Of a DNA stretch of 43,685 nt, positions 1 through 9,554 are shown piece after piece. Within the stretch, counting starts at the first letter, position 1. Each line of letters opens with the position of its first letter. The position numbers and the translations under genes were made by a program. The notes beneath the pieces are model-generated. The model was not told the DNA's origin. It made no database searches and saw only the letters and a program-made list of their open reading frames with translations. This DNA is from Paraglaciecola sp. (GTDB lineage: Bacteria > Pseudomonadota > Gammaproteobacteria > Enterobacterales > Alteromonadaceae), in contig JAWUXT010000147.1 of NCBI GenBank assembly GCA_034111205.1, forward strand, positions 1 through 43,685. The letters are read 5' to 3'.

Positions 1-303
1 GTCCTCTGGCATAAAGTATAAAACGTCTGCACCTATGCGATTTCCGGACTCATCGTATGGAGAAGCGTCAATATTTAGGTAAGATGCTTCCAATCGAGCA
101 GCCCACTCAGGAGTGAATTTAAACCCCATTTCAGCGCCAACTCCAACACCGTTATCCAAGAAATATGGAAGACCAGTTTCTGATTGGTCAGTTGAATAAT
201 ATTCAAAAAAGCCGGCAACCCACTTTTCACTATCTTTAGTTTGGGCTTGTAAATTTGCACTCAAAGCTGCAGCCACTGCACTTAAAAGCAATAATTTTTT
301 CAT
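1..303 (-). CDS. OmpA/OprF-like outer membrane beta-barrel protein, N-terminal part (runs off the window start)
   Basis: Manual translation from ATG at 303: MKKLLLLSAVAAALSANLQAQTKDSEKWVAGFFEYYSTD...GVGVGAEMGFKFTPEWAARLEASYLNID...RIGADVLYFMPED. It has a Sec signal peptide, alternating beta-strand pattern and an SD (GAAGGA) upstream. Not in the ORF track. Confidence 0.7.
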   Translation of the reverse strand, partial: MKKLLLLSAVAAALSANLQAQTKDSEKWVAGFFEYYSTDQSETGLPYFLDNGVGVGAEMGFKFTPEWAARLEASYLNIDASPYDESGNRIGADVLYFMPED

Positions 304-404
304 TTTAATTCGTTCCTTCTTTATCATTTCAAATTGTTTGGCATATTTTTGAGAATCATATATATGCATACCTTTAAATCAACTACTTTATAGCGTTTAG
401 AAAC

Positions 405-803
405 CTATTTACCGCAAATAGTCACAATTAATTGACGACTTTCTGCATTAACTCGGTGTTCACCCAATAATAGTCCTTGCCACGTACCCAATCCCAAAGT
501 GCCGTCTATGATGGGTATGGTAAGGTTGTTACCTAATAAACTGGTTTTAATATGGGCTGGCATATCATCTGCACCCTCATAGTTGTGTAAGTAATAGGCC
601 ATATTCTCTGGCACTATCTTATTGATATGCGTCTCTAAATCTTGGCGTACAGTAGGGTCGGCGTTTTCATTAATAGTTAAGCTAGCGCTAGTATGCTGAA
701 TGAACAGGTGCAATAAGCCTACCTTGACTTGTCTCAAGCCTTCAAGCTGATTGACCACTTCGTCAGTGATTAAATGATATCCCCTGCTTCTAGGGGATAT
801 CAT
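405..803 (-). CDS. yjbQ: YjbQ/UPF0047 family protein (secondary thiamine-phosphate synthase-like); N-terminus apparently altered
   Basis: Motifs RGYHLITDE, HTSASLTINENADPTVR, HNYEGADDMPAHIK and LGTWQG. Lacks the usual MW-xQ N-terminal segment. Confidence 0.85.
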   Translation of the reverse strand: MISPRSRGYHLITDEVVNQLEGLRQVKVGLLHLFIQHTSASLTINENADPTVRQDLETHINKIVPENMAYYLHNYEGADDMPAHIKTSLLGNNLTIPIIDGTLGLGTWQGLLLGEHRVNAESRQLIVTICGK

Positions 804-811
804 TTAATCAC
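766..811. repeat. Perfect 20-bp inverted repeat with 6-nt loop spanning the yjbQ start codon
   Basis: GTGATTAAATGATATCCCCT (766-785), GCTTCT loop, AGGGGATATCATTTAATCAC (792-811); the arms are exact reverse complements. Confidence 0.97.
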
Positions 812-832
812 ATGTATGTATCTATGTACTTA

Positions 833-1297
833 TTACTTGTTGAAACACATTTCTAAGTAAATATTACCCGACGCATGGGAAAACGGCATCACCATTTTTT
901 TACCATTCACTTGATGGTTTATAGTATGATTTTCCCCAGAAACAACCACTGGGGTGGCCATACCAAAATCATAGCCATTCTGGCCCAATTCATTTTTGGC
1001 TCCACCGCATATCATATTGGTGATTTCACCCACCATATCTTGTACGTCTGCATCAATGCTATCAGGTTTTTCCCCTAACATTTTATGCATAATTTCTAAC
1101 ACTAGGCCTTCATCAAAAGAAATAGACATGGAACCCTTAATATTGTCACCCACCATACCAATCAGTCCCGAAATCTGTCCCCCCGCTGTATTTTCACTTT
1201 TCTTTTTAGGTTTACCTGGCAATAACTCAATTTGGGCCATGGTTTGCATTACGTTGATTAAAGCAGCGATAAAGGGATTAATAAACTCAGCGTTCAT
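833..1297 (-). CDS. cheX: Chemotaxis phosphatase CheX
   Basis: MNAEFINPFI start, ISGLIGMVG, the E-x-x-N motif in DMVGEITNMICGGAK, and MATPVVVSG. Confidence 0.93.
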   Translation of the reverse strand: MNAEFINPFIAALINVMQTMAQIELLPGKPKKKSENTAGGQISGLIGMVGDNIKGSMSISFDEGLVLEIMHKMLGEKPDSIDADVQDMVGEITNMICGGAKNELGQNGYDFGMATPVVVSGENHTINHQVNGKKMVMPFSHASGNIYLEMCFNK

Positions 1298-1351
1298 TGG
1301 ATGAAATTTTCCTTTTTGAATTTGAATTTGGGTGTGAATTTGGATTTGGAT

Positions 1352-1801
1352 TTATTGGCAAGCAGCACAAGTACCGTGAGCTTCAATTGTTTGATTTACT
1401 ATACTAAAACCAACAGTTTGGGCTTGTTTATCTAAGGTATCTTTTAAACCTTCGGATTGAATTTCTTTGACATCACCACAAGTATCGCAAATTAAAAATT
1501 GTACGGGGTGATTACAATCAAAATGATGACAGGCTACAAAAGCATTAGTGGATTCTATTTTATGAATGAGACCAAACTCTAGGAGAAAATCTAAAGTTCT
1601 GTAGACCGTAGCTGGCTTAGCGTTAGACTCGGTTAGTTTAAGAGCGTCCAATAACTCATAGGCACCTACAGCACCTTGTTGTTCGAGTAATAATGCATAT
1701 ACTTTCTCTCGGAGCAGAGTAAACCTAGCCCCTTTGTCTTCACAAAATTGCCTAGCTTTGTACACCTGATCCGCAATAGAATGTTGGCAAGTATCAGTCA
1801 C
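1352..1801 (-). CDS. zur: Fur-family regulator, zinc uptake regulator Zur
   Basis: GAYELLD, KPATVYRTLDFL, HKIESTNAFVAC, FLICDTCG and EAHGTCAAC. Start placed at GTG 1801 because GGAAGGA lies just upstream (the ORF track starts at 1825). Confidence 0.88.
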   Translation of the reverse strand: MTDTCQHSIADQVYKARQFCEDKGARFTLLREKVYALLLEQQGAVGAYELLDALKLTESNAKPATVYRTLDFLLEFGLIHKIESTNAFVACHHFDCNHPVQFLICDTCGDVKEIQSEGLKDTLDKQAQTVGFSIVNQTIEAHGTCAACQ

Positions 1802-1990
1802 ATTTATTCCTTCCAAAAAAAGCATCTAATAATAACACTATTTTTTATAGGTTGCTTATTTTAAGCATTTAATATTTGTAATACGCTACTACTTTAGACA
1901 ATATTAATGATTCGATACCTATCAAACTATATTTCTGTGCTGCGTTTTACTGTGTTAAATTAAGTTAGAACATTTGATTTTGGTAACTTT

Positions 1991-2833
1991 ATGATAGAAC
2001 AAAATATATCGGTAACCGCCGAAACAAAAGCTGTTTGGTTAATTTTTAGCGGTGAAAAAATTTTTCAATTTACTGAAAACGCAGGACTAATGATCGACAC
2101 ATGGGAGACACTCAGTTTTGCCCATGCCTACCAGGATCAAATTGTTCGAATAGGTAGTTATCGCGACTTACCTTGCTTCCTGATTGATATGGGCAATGAA
2201 CATATTGAACACGAACAACTTTCCCTTGTCAGTATGCGTGCCTTATTAATGCAGAATCAAACTAATTTCTTTGGTATTGCTTCTAGAGCATGGCAAATTG
2301 CACTATTTATGCGCACACATAGATTTTGTGGTCAATGCGGTAGCTCTATGCAACAAATAGATTGGGAAATGGCTATGCAGTGTTCACGATGCCAGCACCG
2401 CTGTTACCCAAGAATTTCACCTTGTATCATTGTGTCTATCCGCCACAACGATAAAATATTGTTAGCTCAAGGTAAACCTCAACGATCTCGGCAAATGTTT
2501 TCGACTTTGGCCGGTTTCGTAGAAAGTGGTGAAACACTTGAACAGGCCGTTCACAGAGAAGTATTTGAAGAGGTCGGCATACAGATTAAAAATCTGCGTT
2601 ATTTTTCAAGCCAACCTTGGCCTTTCCCTCACTCTTTAATGGTTGGTTTCTTGGCAGATTTTGATTCAGGGGAAATAAAAGTAGACGGCAAAGAAATACT
2701 TGAAGCATATTGGTTTGACCCAGAGAAATTACCCAATATTCCACCCAAACAATCGATTGCTGGAAGACTGATTGAACATACACTCGAAGAAATAAAACTG
2801 AAGAAAAACATCACTGTGTCAACTCCTTCTTAG
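1991..2833 (+). CDS. nudC: NADH pyrophosphatase / NAD-cap decapping Nudix hydrolase
   Basis: Zinc ribbon FCGQCG...CSRC, Nudix box GFVESGETLEQAVHREVFEEVG, signature SQPWPFPHS. Confidence 0.96.
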   Translation: MIEQNISVTAETKAVWLIFSGEKIFQFTENAGLMIDTWETLSFAHAYQDQIVRIGSYRDLPCFLIDMGNEHIEHEQLSLVSMRALLMQNQTNFFGIASRAWQIALFMRTHRFCGQCGSSMQQIDWEMAMQCSRCQHRCYPRISPCIIVSIRHNDKILLAQGKPQRSRQMFSTLAGFVESGETLEQAVHREVFEEVGIQIKNLRYFSSQPWPFPHSLMVGFLADFDSGEIKVDGKEILEAYWFDPEKLPNIPPKQSIAGRLIEHTLEEIKLKKNITVSTPS

Positions 2834-2861
2834 AATATTAGCTGCTTATTTGAATCGAAAT

Positions 2862-2883
2862 AAAAAACCCCACATAAGTGGGG
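2862..2883 (-). terminator. Rho-independent terminator oriented for a minus-strand transcript
   Basis: Minus strand reads CCCCAC-TTAT-GTGGGG-TTTTTT. The plus strand has no comparable U-tract after the stem. Confidence 0.8.
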
Positions 2884-2943
2884 CTTGAATATTTTAGCGT
2901 CTTGGTCTCGTTAGCGAGATTCTTAGTTTTAATTGCTTTCGCA
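2862..2943 (-). ncRNA. Candidate intergenic small RNA (about 80 nt)
   Basis: Bounded by a sigma70-like promoter (2949-2978) and the terminator (2862-2883). Internal hairpins are (U)UGC-GAAA-GCA(A) and UCUCG-CUAA-CGAGA. Both flanking genes are on the plus strand. Confidence 0.55.
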
Positions 2944-2948
2944 ACATT

Positions 2949-2978
2949 GTTATAACAGAGAAAACTCTTAAAATGCAA
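2949..2978 (-). promoter_or_regulatory. Sigma70-like promoter for the candidate sRNA
   Basis: Minus strand: TTGCAT (2978-2973), 18-nt spacer, TATAAC (2954-2949), with a TGn extended -10. Confidence 0.55.
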
Positions 2979-3094
2979 GTTTTTGCTAGATATAGCCCAA
3001 TTTACCCTTCTATCAATGAATAAAATCGCTACAATACAGGCCTTTTTAAGCCCTTAGACTAGCAGGGCAAGTTACTTCTAATTTGAGGAAATCA

Positions 3095-4159
3095 ATGCAG
3101 CCATTGCAAAACGACCGATATTTACGAGCATTGTTACGCCAACCTGTAGACATTACACCGGTATGGATGATGCGCCAAGCAGGTCGATATTTACCTGAAT
3201 ACAAGGCCACAAGAGCTGAAGCGGGTGACTTTATGTCACTCTGTAAAAATGCTGAATTGGCCTGCGAGGTCACACTTCAGCCGTTGCGTAGGTTCGATTT
3301 AGATGCGGCCATATTATTTTCCGACATCTTGACTATTCCTGATGCGATGGGACTAGGTTTATATTTTGAGACTGGAGAAGGCCCAAAATTTGAAAGACCA
3401 TTAACGTGTATGGCTGATATTAAAAAATTACCCGTTCTTGATCCCGAAGTAGAACTGGGTTATGTGATGAATGCAGTTCGCACTGTTCGCAAAAATTTAA
3501 ATGGCACAGTGCCTTTAATTGGTTTTTCTGGCAGTCCTTGGACGCTGGCTACTTACATGATTGAAGGCGGCTCAAGCAAAGCTTTCACAAAAATCAAAAA
3601 AATGGCCTTTAGTGAGCCACAAGCATTACACCTATTACTCGATAAGCTAGCTGATTCAGTAATTTTGTACCTTAACGCACAAATTGCCGCCGGTGCTCAA
3701 TCAGTGATGGTGTTTGACACATGGGGCGGCGTATTGTCAGGTCGCGATTACCAAGAGTTTTCTCTGCAATACATGCATAAAATTGTTGATAGTCTCACTC
3801 GCGAAAACGACGGGCGTAAAGTACCGGTTACTTTGTTTACTAAAAATGCCGGTTTGTGGTTGGAATCTATCGCTGCAACAGGATGTGACGCTGTGGGTCT
3901 AGATTGGACCGTTGACATAGCTGATGCAAAAGCACGTATCGGGCACAAAGTTGCACTGCAAGGTAATATGGACCCATCTATGTTGTATGCACCCGCTGCC
4001 CGTATTGAACAAGAAGTGCAACTTATTTTAGATGGCTTTGGTAAAGGAAATGGCCATGTGTTTAATCTTGGGCATGGCATTCATTTAGATGTACCGCCTG
4101 ACAATGCCAAAGTATTTATTGATGCGGTGCACAAATTGAGCAAACCTTTTCACCAATAA
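3095..4159 (+). CDS. hemE: Uroporphyrinogen decarboxylase
   Basis: [31 protein letters not shown] and FNLGHGI. ATG at 3095 follows SD GAGGAA. Confidence 0.98.
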   Translation: MQPLQNDRYLRALLRQPVDITPVWMMRQAGRYLPEYKATRAEAGDFMSLCKNAELACEVTLQPLRRFDLDAAILFSDILTIPDAMGLGLYFETGEGPKFERPLTCMADIKKLPVLDPEVELGYVMNAVRTVRKNLNGTVPLIGFSGSPWTLATYMIEGGSSKAFTKIKKMAFSEPQALHLLLDKLADSVILYLNAQIAAGAQSVMVFDTWGGVLSGRDYQEFSLQYMHKIVDSLTRENDGRKVPVTLFTKNAGLWLESIAATGCDAVGLDWTVDIADAKARIGHKVALQGNMDPSMLYAPAARIEQEVQLILDGFGKGNGHVFNLGHGIHLDVPPDNAKVFIDAVHKLSKPFHQ

Positions 4160-4167
4160 ATAAGCAC

Positions 4168-6084
4168 TTAGTCTTTTTTAGTAAAAGTGACGATCTCTCC
4201 TGAGGCACACAGCTGCTGTGCCTCAACTTTACTACAAGCCTGATCTATTTTAAGTAATCCTATGCCAGATCCATTTGATAGTGTGGTCAGTTTGTGAGCA
4301 TTTGGCTTGCGGTGTCTAACCACCATATTTCGCCTCTGTGTGAACCAGTTTAAGGGCGAATATTTGCTGTACAATATGCGATTAAGCCTGTCGAACCACT
4401 TTAACAACCTATCAGGAAATTCGTTTTTAATGCCACTACTGGTTATCTGGGTAATATTCGGGCTGTTATGTCTGAATCTTAGGGTAATGTCATACACAAA
4501 TGAATAGTGTACATCACCTGATAAAATAACAAAGTTCGGTGGGGTTTTGCGATTACGAAAAATATTGAGCATCACACTGGCTGTGCCTTTATGTGCCATC
4601 CAATTTTCTGCATCGACGGTCAGGGCTCTTCCAAAAAAAGTAAAAATACGTTGTATAGTTTCTATCAACTTCACACCAAAAATAGGTGCAGCTGAAACCA
4701 GAATAACAGCCTCTTGGCCGATTAACTCTTGCTGTAATTCACACAAAGCTTCCCAATCCATAAGACCTGAGGGTTTACTTAAACTTGATTCGGAACGCCA
4801 ACGCTGAGTACGTGTATCCAATACCACCAGCTTAGGCGATGTTTCTAGGCAGTAGTGCCAATGTTCCCAATCAAGCAAATTTTGAACCAGCAAATTGTGT
4901 TGAATGACACCATTTTCAGTAAAAAACCCACGACAGGATTCAAATAATGGTTGTACCTTGTCTGGGTCATTGCCCCACCCCTGACACAACCAATATCCTG
5001 CCAGCGCATTACCCACTATACGTTTGGCAAACAAATTACCGTATACCGCATCCTCCCAGCCACGGGTTAAATTCCAATCATCAGTAACATCATGGTCATC
5101 AAAAATCATGTATACCCGCACATGGGCTAAAGCTCTTCTGACTTTATCTAAACCAGCAACGAAATTTTCAATGATAACCTGTTCTTTCGCAAATTTTTGT
5201 TTGAAAGGTTCGGGAATTGTCGCATCACTGATATGCACCCGCTGCCACATTTCAGGAGACCAAGTGAGAATATACATAGCCATCACTTCAGCAAACGAGA
5301 TTAAGTGGTTATTAGCATTAACCGAGGTAAAAATAGGTTTACGCTTACCTGCAAAAAACTGACTGTAGGTATTGGTTGTACTTGGATCATCTGGCAGTAG
5401 CTCGGGACGTTGATAAAAGCAGTGTTTATGTTCAAATATCTCTCGGCTATTGCTTATAGTCGACCCTTCGAGCTCTTCATGAAACAAACCCAAATAATCA
5501 ATAGTCTGTTTAATCGCCACCAGTGTTGGTCCTGCTACATCATCAGTATAAACCTGGTCACCAGACATCATTAACAAGTCTGGCGGCTCAATTTTCCCTG
5601 TCAATCCCAACTCAATTTGTTGATCAACGATGACTAAGCCATCGTTACTATCATGGTGGGGCTTTCGGCAAGAGCCGTGTAACATTTGTCTAATTTGCCT
5701 GCGGATCAAAAAACTAGGATAAAATTGACCTGAATATAGCAATGAAGGCAGTAATTCACATAGATGACTTTTGCTGCCATCTTTGTCCAGCAGGCTGATG
5801 TCGTAACTCACCCGACTTCCAGATGATATTTCGACATTAGGCTCTAGGGTAAGCAAATTGACAAAAGCATAAGTGCCTACTTGAACTTGGCAGAGTTGTT
5901 GCTCATCTAGCTGCGCATCAAACCAAGTTGTCTGTGGTTGCTGACTAAATAACTTAACAGAAAATTTATAATCTTTATTGGTTATCAACCAAAAGCAAAT
6001 TTGCTTTGCATTTGCTCGCCGAACAATAGGCCCAGCTAGTATTTTCGGTAGTGATGTAGGCCTATTTTCAGTCAAACTCTGCAT
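4168..6084 (-). CDS. PhoD-like (calcineurin-fold) metallophosphoesterase with no evident signal peptide
   Basis: HGSCRKPH, GDQVYTDD, IFDDHDVTDDWN, VLDTRTQR and LSGDVHYS. Confidence 0.85.
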   Translation of the reverse strand: MQSLTENRPTSLPKILAGPIVRRANAKQICFWLITNKDYKFSVKLFSQQPQTTWFDAQLDEQQLCQVQVGTYAFVNLLTLEPNVEISSGSRVSYDISLLDKDGSKSHLCELLPSLLYSGQFYPSFLIRRQIRQMLHGSCRKPHHDSNDGLVIVDQQIELGLTGKIEPPDLLMMSGDQVYTDDVAGPTLVAIKQTIDYLGLFHEELEGSTISNSREIFEHKHCFYQRPELLPDDPSTTNTYSQFFAGKRKPIFTSVNANNHLISFAEVMAMYILTWSPEMWQRVHISDATIPEPFKQKFAKEQVIIENFVAGLDKVRRALAHVRVYMIFDDHDVTDDWNLTRGWEDAVYGNLFAKRIVGNALAGYWLCQGWGNDPDKVQPLFESCRGFFTENGVIQHNLLVQNLLDWEHWHYCLETSPKLVVLDTRTQRWRSESSLSKPSGLMDWEALCELQQELIGQEAVILVSAAPIFGVKLIETIQRIFTFFGRALTVDAENWMAHKGTASVMLNIFRNRKTPPNFVILSGDVHYSFVYDITLRFRHNSPNITQITSSGIKNEFPDRLLKWFDRLNRILYSKYSPLNWFTQRRNMVVRHRKPNAHKLTTLSNGSGIGLLKIDQACSKVEAQQLCASGEIVTFTKKD

Positions 6085-6092
6085 GCGCTCAG

Positions 6093-6869
6093 TTATTTAT
6101 ACAAAGCATTTAAATAAGCAGCAATTCTTACACCACCCATTTGTAAACGCTGTTTTACAATTGGTAGGTTTTGATATTGATAATCCCAGGATAATTTTTC
6201 ATTTTCAGGATAAACACTAGCGCGTACCTTCGCACTTTCAGCTATCCACACCTTAGGATCGACTTCCATCCATTGATTAACCTGTTGCTCAGAAATTTTG
6301 CGGCTTAAGATTGTAGTCCATTCTGTATAGGACAATTTTTGCCTGTCAATTAATCCTGAATCCCAAACTCGGTGTAAGTTAGAATCTTCCCAAAAAAACT
6401 TCAGCTTAACGTCGTTACCTCCCCTATCAAGACCATTACCAGCGTGAAAGGGTTGATGTAGGTCACCAATAATATGCACTATAAATCGCAGCGCGAGTTG
6501 TTTATCTGCAAAGCTTGTTTGTGTACTTTTTAGCTGTTTAGCAAACATCTCTAAAGCAGTCACCGCGTTACCTTCAGGAGGCGGTGCTACGTCTGAATAT
6601 GTTTTTCCGTCAAACACGTTAACATAATGCCAAGGGTTAGTCGTTTTTTTCCAAAACTCGATAGGATTTGATTTCATCTCATCGGCATAAGTCGAGGCTT
6701 CTGCTAAATCTTCATTGACTAACAATTGACTAATAGCATGTTGTGCTTCAGGTGTTAGATATTGCTCTGCAATCGCCCCTGTTACACGATGTCCAACTTG
6801 CCCCCAACTTAATGCTTGAAAACTTATTGCTGCCGCAACTACACCAATCATCAGTTTATTTAATTTCAT
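6093..6869 (-). CDS. Secreted S1/P1 nuclease
   Basis: Signal peptide followed by WGQVGH; also ADEMK, WHYVN, HIIGDLHQPFH, DRGGN and NLHRVWDSG. Confidence 0.95.
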   Translation of the reverse strand: MKLNKLMIGVVAAAISFQALSWGQVGHRVTGAIAEQYLTPEAQHAISQLLVNEDLAEASTYADEMKSNPIEFWKKTTNPWHYVNVFDGKTYSDVAPPPEGNAVTALEMFAKQLKSTQTSFADKQLALRFIVHIIGDLHQPFHAGNGLDRGGNDVKLKFFWEDSNLHRVWDSGLIDRQKLSYTEWTTILSRKISEQQVNQWMEVDPKVWIAESAKVRASVYPENEKLSWDYQYQNLPIVKQRLQMGGVRIAAYLNALYK

Positions 6870-6901
6870 TCTGAATAACTCTTTATCTAAGTCTTATTTA
6901 A

Positions 6902-8251
6902 TTAGATTTTTGCTAATTGTTCTGTCAACAATTCATGAATACCACCAAAACTACCATTACTCATCACCAAAATATGATCACCTGGTTTAGCGTAAGAAAT
7001 AATGGATTTAATCAACATATTCATATTTTTATATAACATGGCTGTTACGTTGCTCTGTGCCAGTAGATCATCCATTGACCAAGTTAAATTTGATGGTTCA
7101 AAAATAAACACCTGATCGGCACCTGACCATGAAGCCGCAAGTGTATCTTTGTGAACCCCCATTTTCATGGTGTTAGAACGAGGCTCTAATACTGCCAAAA
7201 TTCGGCCATTGCCTACTTTTGCTCTGAGTCCATCAATAGTGAAGGCAATAGCAGTAGGATGATGCGCAAAATCATCATATAAAGTGATGCCATTAACTAT
7301 CGCTTTCACTTCCATGCGGCGTTTTACATTAACAAACTGATTTAACGCTGCAACTGCCAAGTCGCTTTTAACACCGCTATGTTTTGCCGCGGCTATCGCC
7401 ATCAACGCATTATTAACGTTATGTTCACCCATTAGCTCCCAATGCACTTTGCCTTGAACTTGCCCTTTGAACATAACTTCAAACTCACTGCACTCGGGGT
7501 TGCTGTTTTGTACTTGCCAATCACCACCTGTAAACTGTACTGGAGTCCAACATCCCATGTCTAATACTTTTCGTAGGTTATTATCAGACTTGGGCAGCAG
7601 CACTAAACCGTTGTTAGGAACCATTCTTAATAAATGGTTGAACTGTCTTTGTATATCACTTAAATCAGTAAAAATATCAGCATGGTCAAATTCAAGGTTA
7701 TTCATCACCAAAGTGCGGGGACGATAATGCACAAACTTAGAGCGCTTATCAAAAAACGCACTGTCGTATTCATCAGCCTCGATAACAAAAAATGGACTTT
7801 CACCTAAACGCGCAGACACATCAAAGTTTTGAGGGATCCCACCAATCAAAAACCCCGGTTTTAAACCTGCATATTCTAATATCCAAGCTAACATGCTGGA
7901 GGTGCTCGTTTTGCCATGAGTGCCCGATACAGCTAATACCCAACGATCTTTAAGCACGTTTTCAAGTAACCACTGTGGACCGCTGGTATAAGGCAGATTT
8001 CTGTCCAAAACATACTCTACCGCTTCGTTACCCCGGGACAACGCATTGCCTATAACCACAATATCGGGTTCTTTTTTAAATTGTTTGGCATCGTAACCTT
8101 CAAACAACTCGATACCCAGAGACTCTAACTGCGAACTCATAGGCGGATAAACGTTACTATCAGACCCTGTCACTTCGTGCCCTAGCTCTTTAGCTATAGC
8201 TGCAATGCCACCCATAAAAGTGCCACAGATACCTAAAATATGTAGATGCAT
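6902..8251 (-). CDS. mpl: Murein peptide ligase (UDP-MurNAc:tripeptide ligase)
   Basis: HILGICGTFMGG, SGTHGKTST, EADEYDSAFFDKRSKF, DDFAHHPTAI and EPRSNTM; divergent from fbp as in E. coli. Confidence 0.97.
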   Translation of the reverse strand: MHLHILGICGTFMGGIAAIAKELGHEVTGSDSNVYPPMSSQLESLGIELFEGYDAKQFKKEPDIVVIGNALSRGNEAVEYVLDRNLPYTSGPQWLLENVLKDRWVLAVSGTHGKTSTSSMLAWILEYAGLKPGFLIGGIPQNFDVSARLGESPFFVIEADEYDSAFFDKRSKFVHYRPRTLVMNNLEFDHADIFTDLSDIQRQFNHLLRMVPNNGLVLLPKSDNNLRKVLDMGCWTPVQFTGGDWQVQNSNPECSEFEVMFKGQVQGKVHWELMGEHNVNNALMAIAAAKHSGVKSDLAVAALNQFVNVKRRMEVKAIVNGITLYDDFAHHPTAIAFTIDGLRAKVGNGRILAVLEPRSNTMKMGVHKDTLAASWSGADQVFIFEPSNLTWSMDDLLAQSNVTAMLYKNMNMLIKSIISYAKPGDHILVMSNGSFGGIHELLTEQLAKI

Positions 8252-8521
8252 AGATTGCCGTTCAAAATGTCTTAGACTAATAGATTACCAGAACAAAGAT
8301 CGGTAACCCAATCAACAATGCAAAAAAATACTTAATTATGACGGCTATTGCAGAGCCCTATTTATAATTAGGTTATAAAGAATATGTTTCGGTTACTGAG
8401 TTTATCGTATACTGAAGGTATAATTATCTTGCTGTATTTATAATAATAAAAACCGTGCTTCACCCCTGCAACTTTAAGCCTACAACTTTAAGGCCATATA
8501 ACTAAAAGGTATTTACGCATA

Positions 8522-9496
8522 ATGAAAAGACTTAACTCGCAACTTCAAGAGGATGGTGCACCTATGGAGCTAATCCTGCTTCTAAGAACATTATTAGCAG
8601 GTTGTAAAGAAATTGCTTTTAGGGTCAGTCAAGGTGCCCTAGCCGGTGTATTAGGTTCAACTTTAAGTGACAATGTTCAAGGCGAAAGGCAGAAGAAGTT
8701 AGATGTAATTTCGAACCAAATCCTAAAAGACATTTTGAGTGAATCAGGTTATGTAAAAGCGATTTCTTCTGAGGAAGAAGACGACGTTGTGCCTTGTAAT
8801 CCGGAAGGCAAATATTTAGTCAGTTTTGATCCCTTAGACGGTTCATCTAACACCGATATCAATAGCTTAATTGGAACAATATTTTCAATTACTCACGCGC
8901 CACAGTGGATGAAGCCAGATGATCCTTCCGCTTTTCTACAACCTGGTACACAAATAGTGGCAGCCGGTTATGTGTTATATGGTCCCTCCGCTATGCTTGC
9001 TCTGACCACCGGGCGTGGAACTCACCTTTATACTTTAGATAAAACCCATGGCGGTTTTTTGTTAACCACACCCAATGTCAAAGTGCCTGAGAAAACGGCT
9101 GAATTCTCAATTAATGCATCTAATCAACGTCATTGGGAAGCACCCATTCAAGCATACATTAGCGATTTATTGGCTGGTACAGAAGGTCCTAGAGAAAAAG
9201 ATTACAACATGCGCTGGGTTGCTGCAATGGTTGGTGATATCCACAGAGTATTATCTCGTGGCGGTATATTTATGTATCCGTACGACAAGCGTGCTCCGAG
9301 CAAAGCCGGTAAATTACGCTTGTTATATGAAGCCAATCCCATGGCGTTTCTTGTAGAACAGGCAGGTGGTTTAGCTGAAACAGGCACCGGGCGTATAATG
9401 GAAGTGATGCCGACTGAAATCCATCAACGTGTACCTGTATTAATAGGCTCAAAAGAAGAAGTTGAAACCTGTCTAAGCTACAACAATAAAAATTAA
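8522..9496 (+). CDS. fbp: Class 1 fructose-1,6-bisphosphatase
   Basis: [23 protein letters not shown] and [11 protein letters not shown]. Confidence 0.97.
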   Translation: MKRLNSQLQEDGAPMELILLLRTLLAGCKEIAFRVSQGALAGVLGSTLSDNVQGERQKKLDVISNQILKDILSESGYVKAISSEEEDDVVPCNPEGKYLVSFDPLDGSSNTDINSLIGTIFSITHAPQWMKPDDPSAFLQPGTQIVAAGYVLYGPSAMLALTTGRGTHLYTLDKTHGGFLLTTPNVKVPEKTAEFSINASNQRHWEAPIQAYISDLLAGTEGPREKDYNMRWVAAMVGDIHRVLSRGGIFMYPYDKRAPSKAGKLRLLYEANPMAFLVEQAGGLAETGTGRIMEVMPTEIHQRVPVLIGSKEEVETCLSYNNKN

Positions 9497-9518
9497 TGCC
9501 TAGCCCTGAATAATCCAT

Positions 9519-9544
9519 AAAAAAGCCTCTCCCGAGGCTTTTTT
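9519..9544. terminator. Bidirectional Rho-independent terminator between fbp and hppA
   Basis: AAAAAA-GCCTC-TCCC-GAGGC-TTTTTT. Confidence 0.9.
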
Positions 9545-9554
9545 ATTTTGAACG

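Noticed and set aside
75-260. 61-aa ORF from the track
   Set aside because: It is an alternate frame inside the OmpA-like gene (1-303), which has a signal peptide and an SD.
1316-1351. Degenerate hexamer run (TTGAAT/TTGGAT) between zur and cheX
   Set aside because: Short, imperfect and low-complexity, with no spacers; not a CRISPR array or clear operator.
833-1801. zur-cheX adjacency as a novel zinc-chemotaxis link
   Set aside because: To my knowledge this order is common in Vibrio/Shewanella-type genomes, so it is not new.
2894-2947. 17-aa basic ORF MLRKQLKLRISLTRPRR as a standalone peptide gene
   Set aside because: No SD, and the ATG lies 1 nt after the predicted -10, so it would not be in the transcript. 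Kept only as an alternative to the sRNA model.
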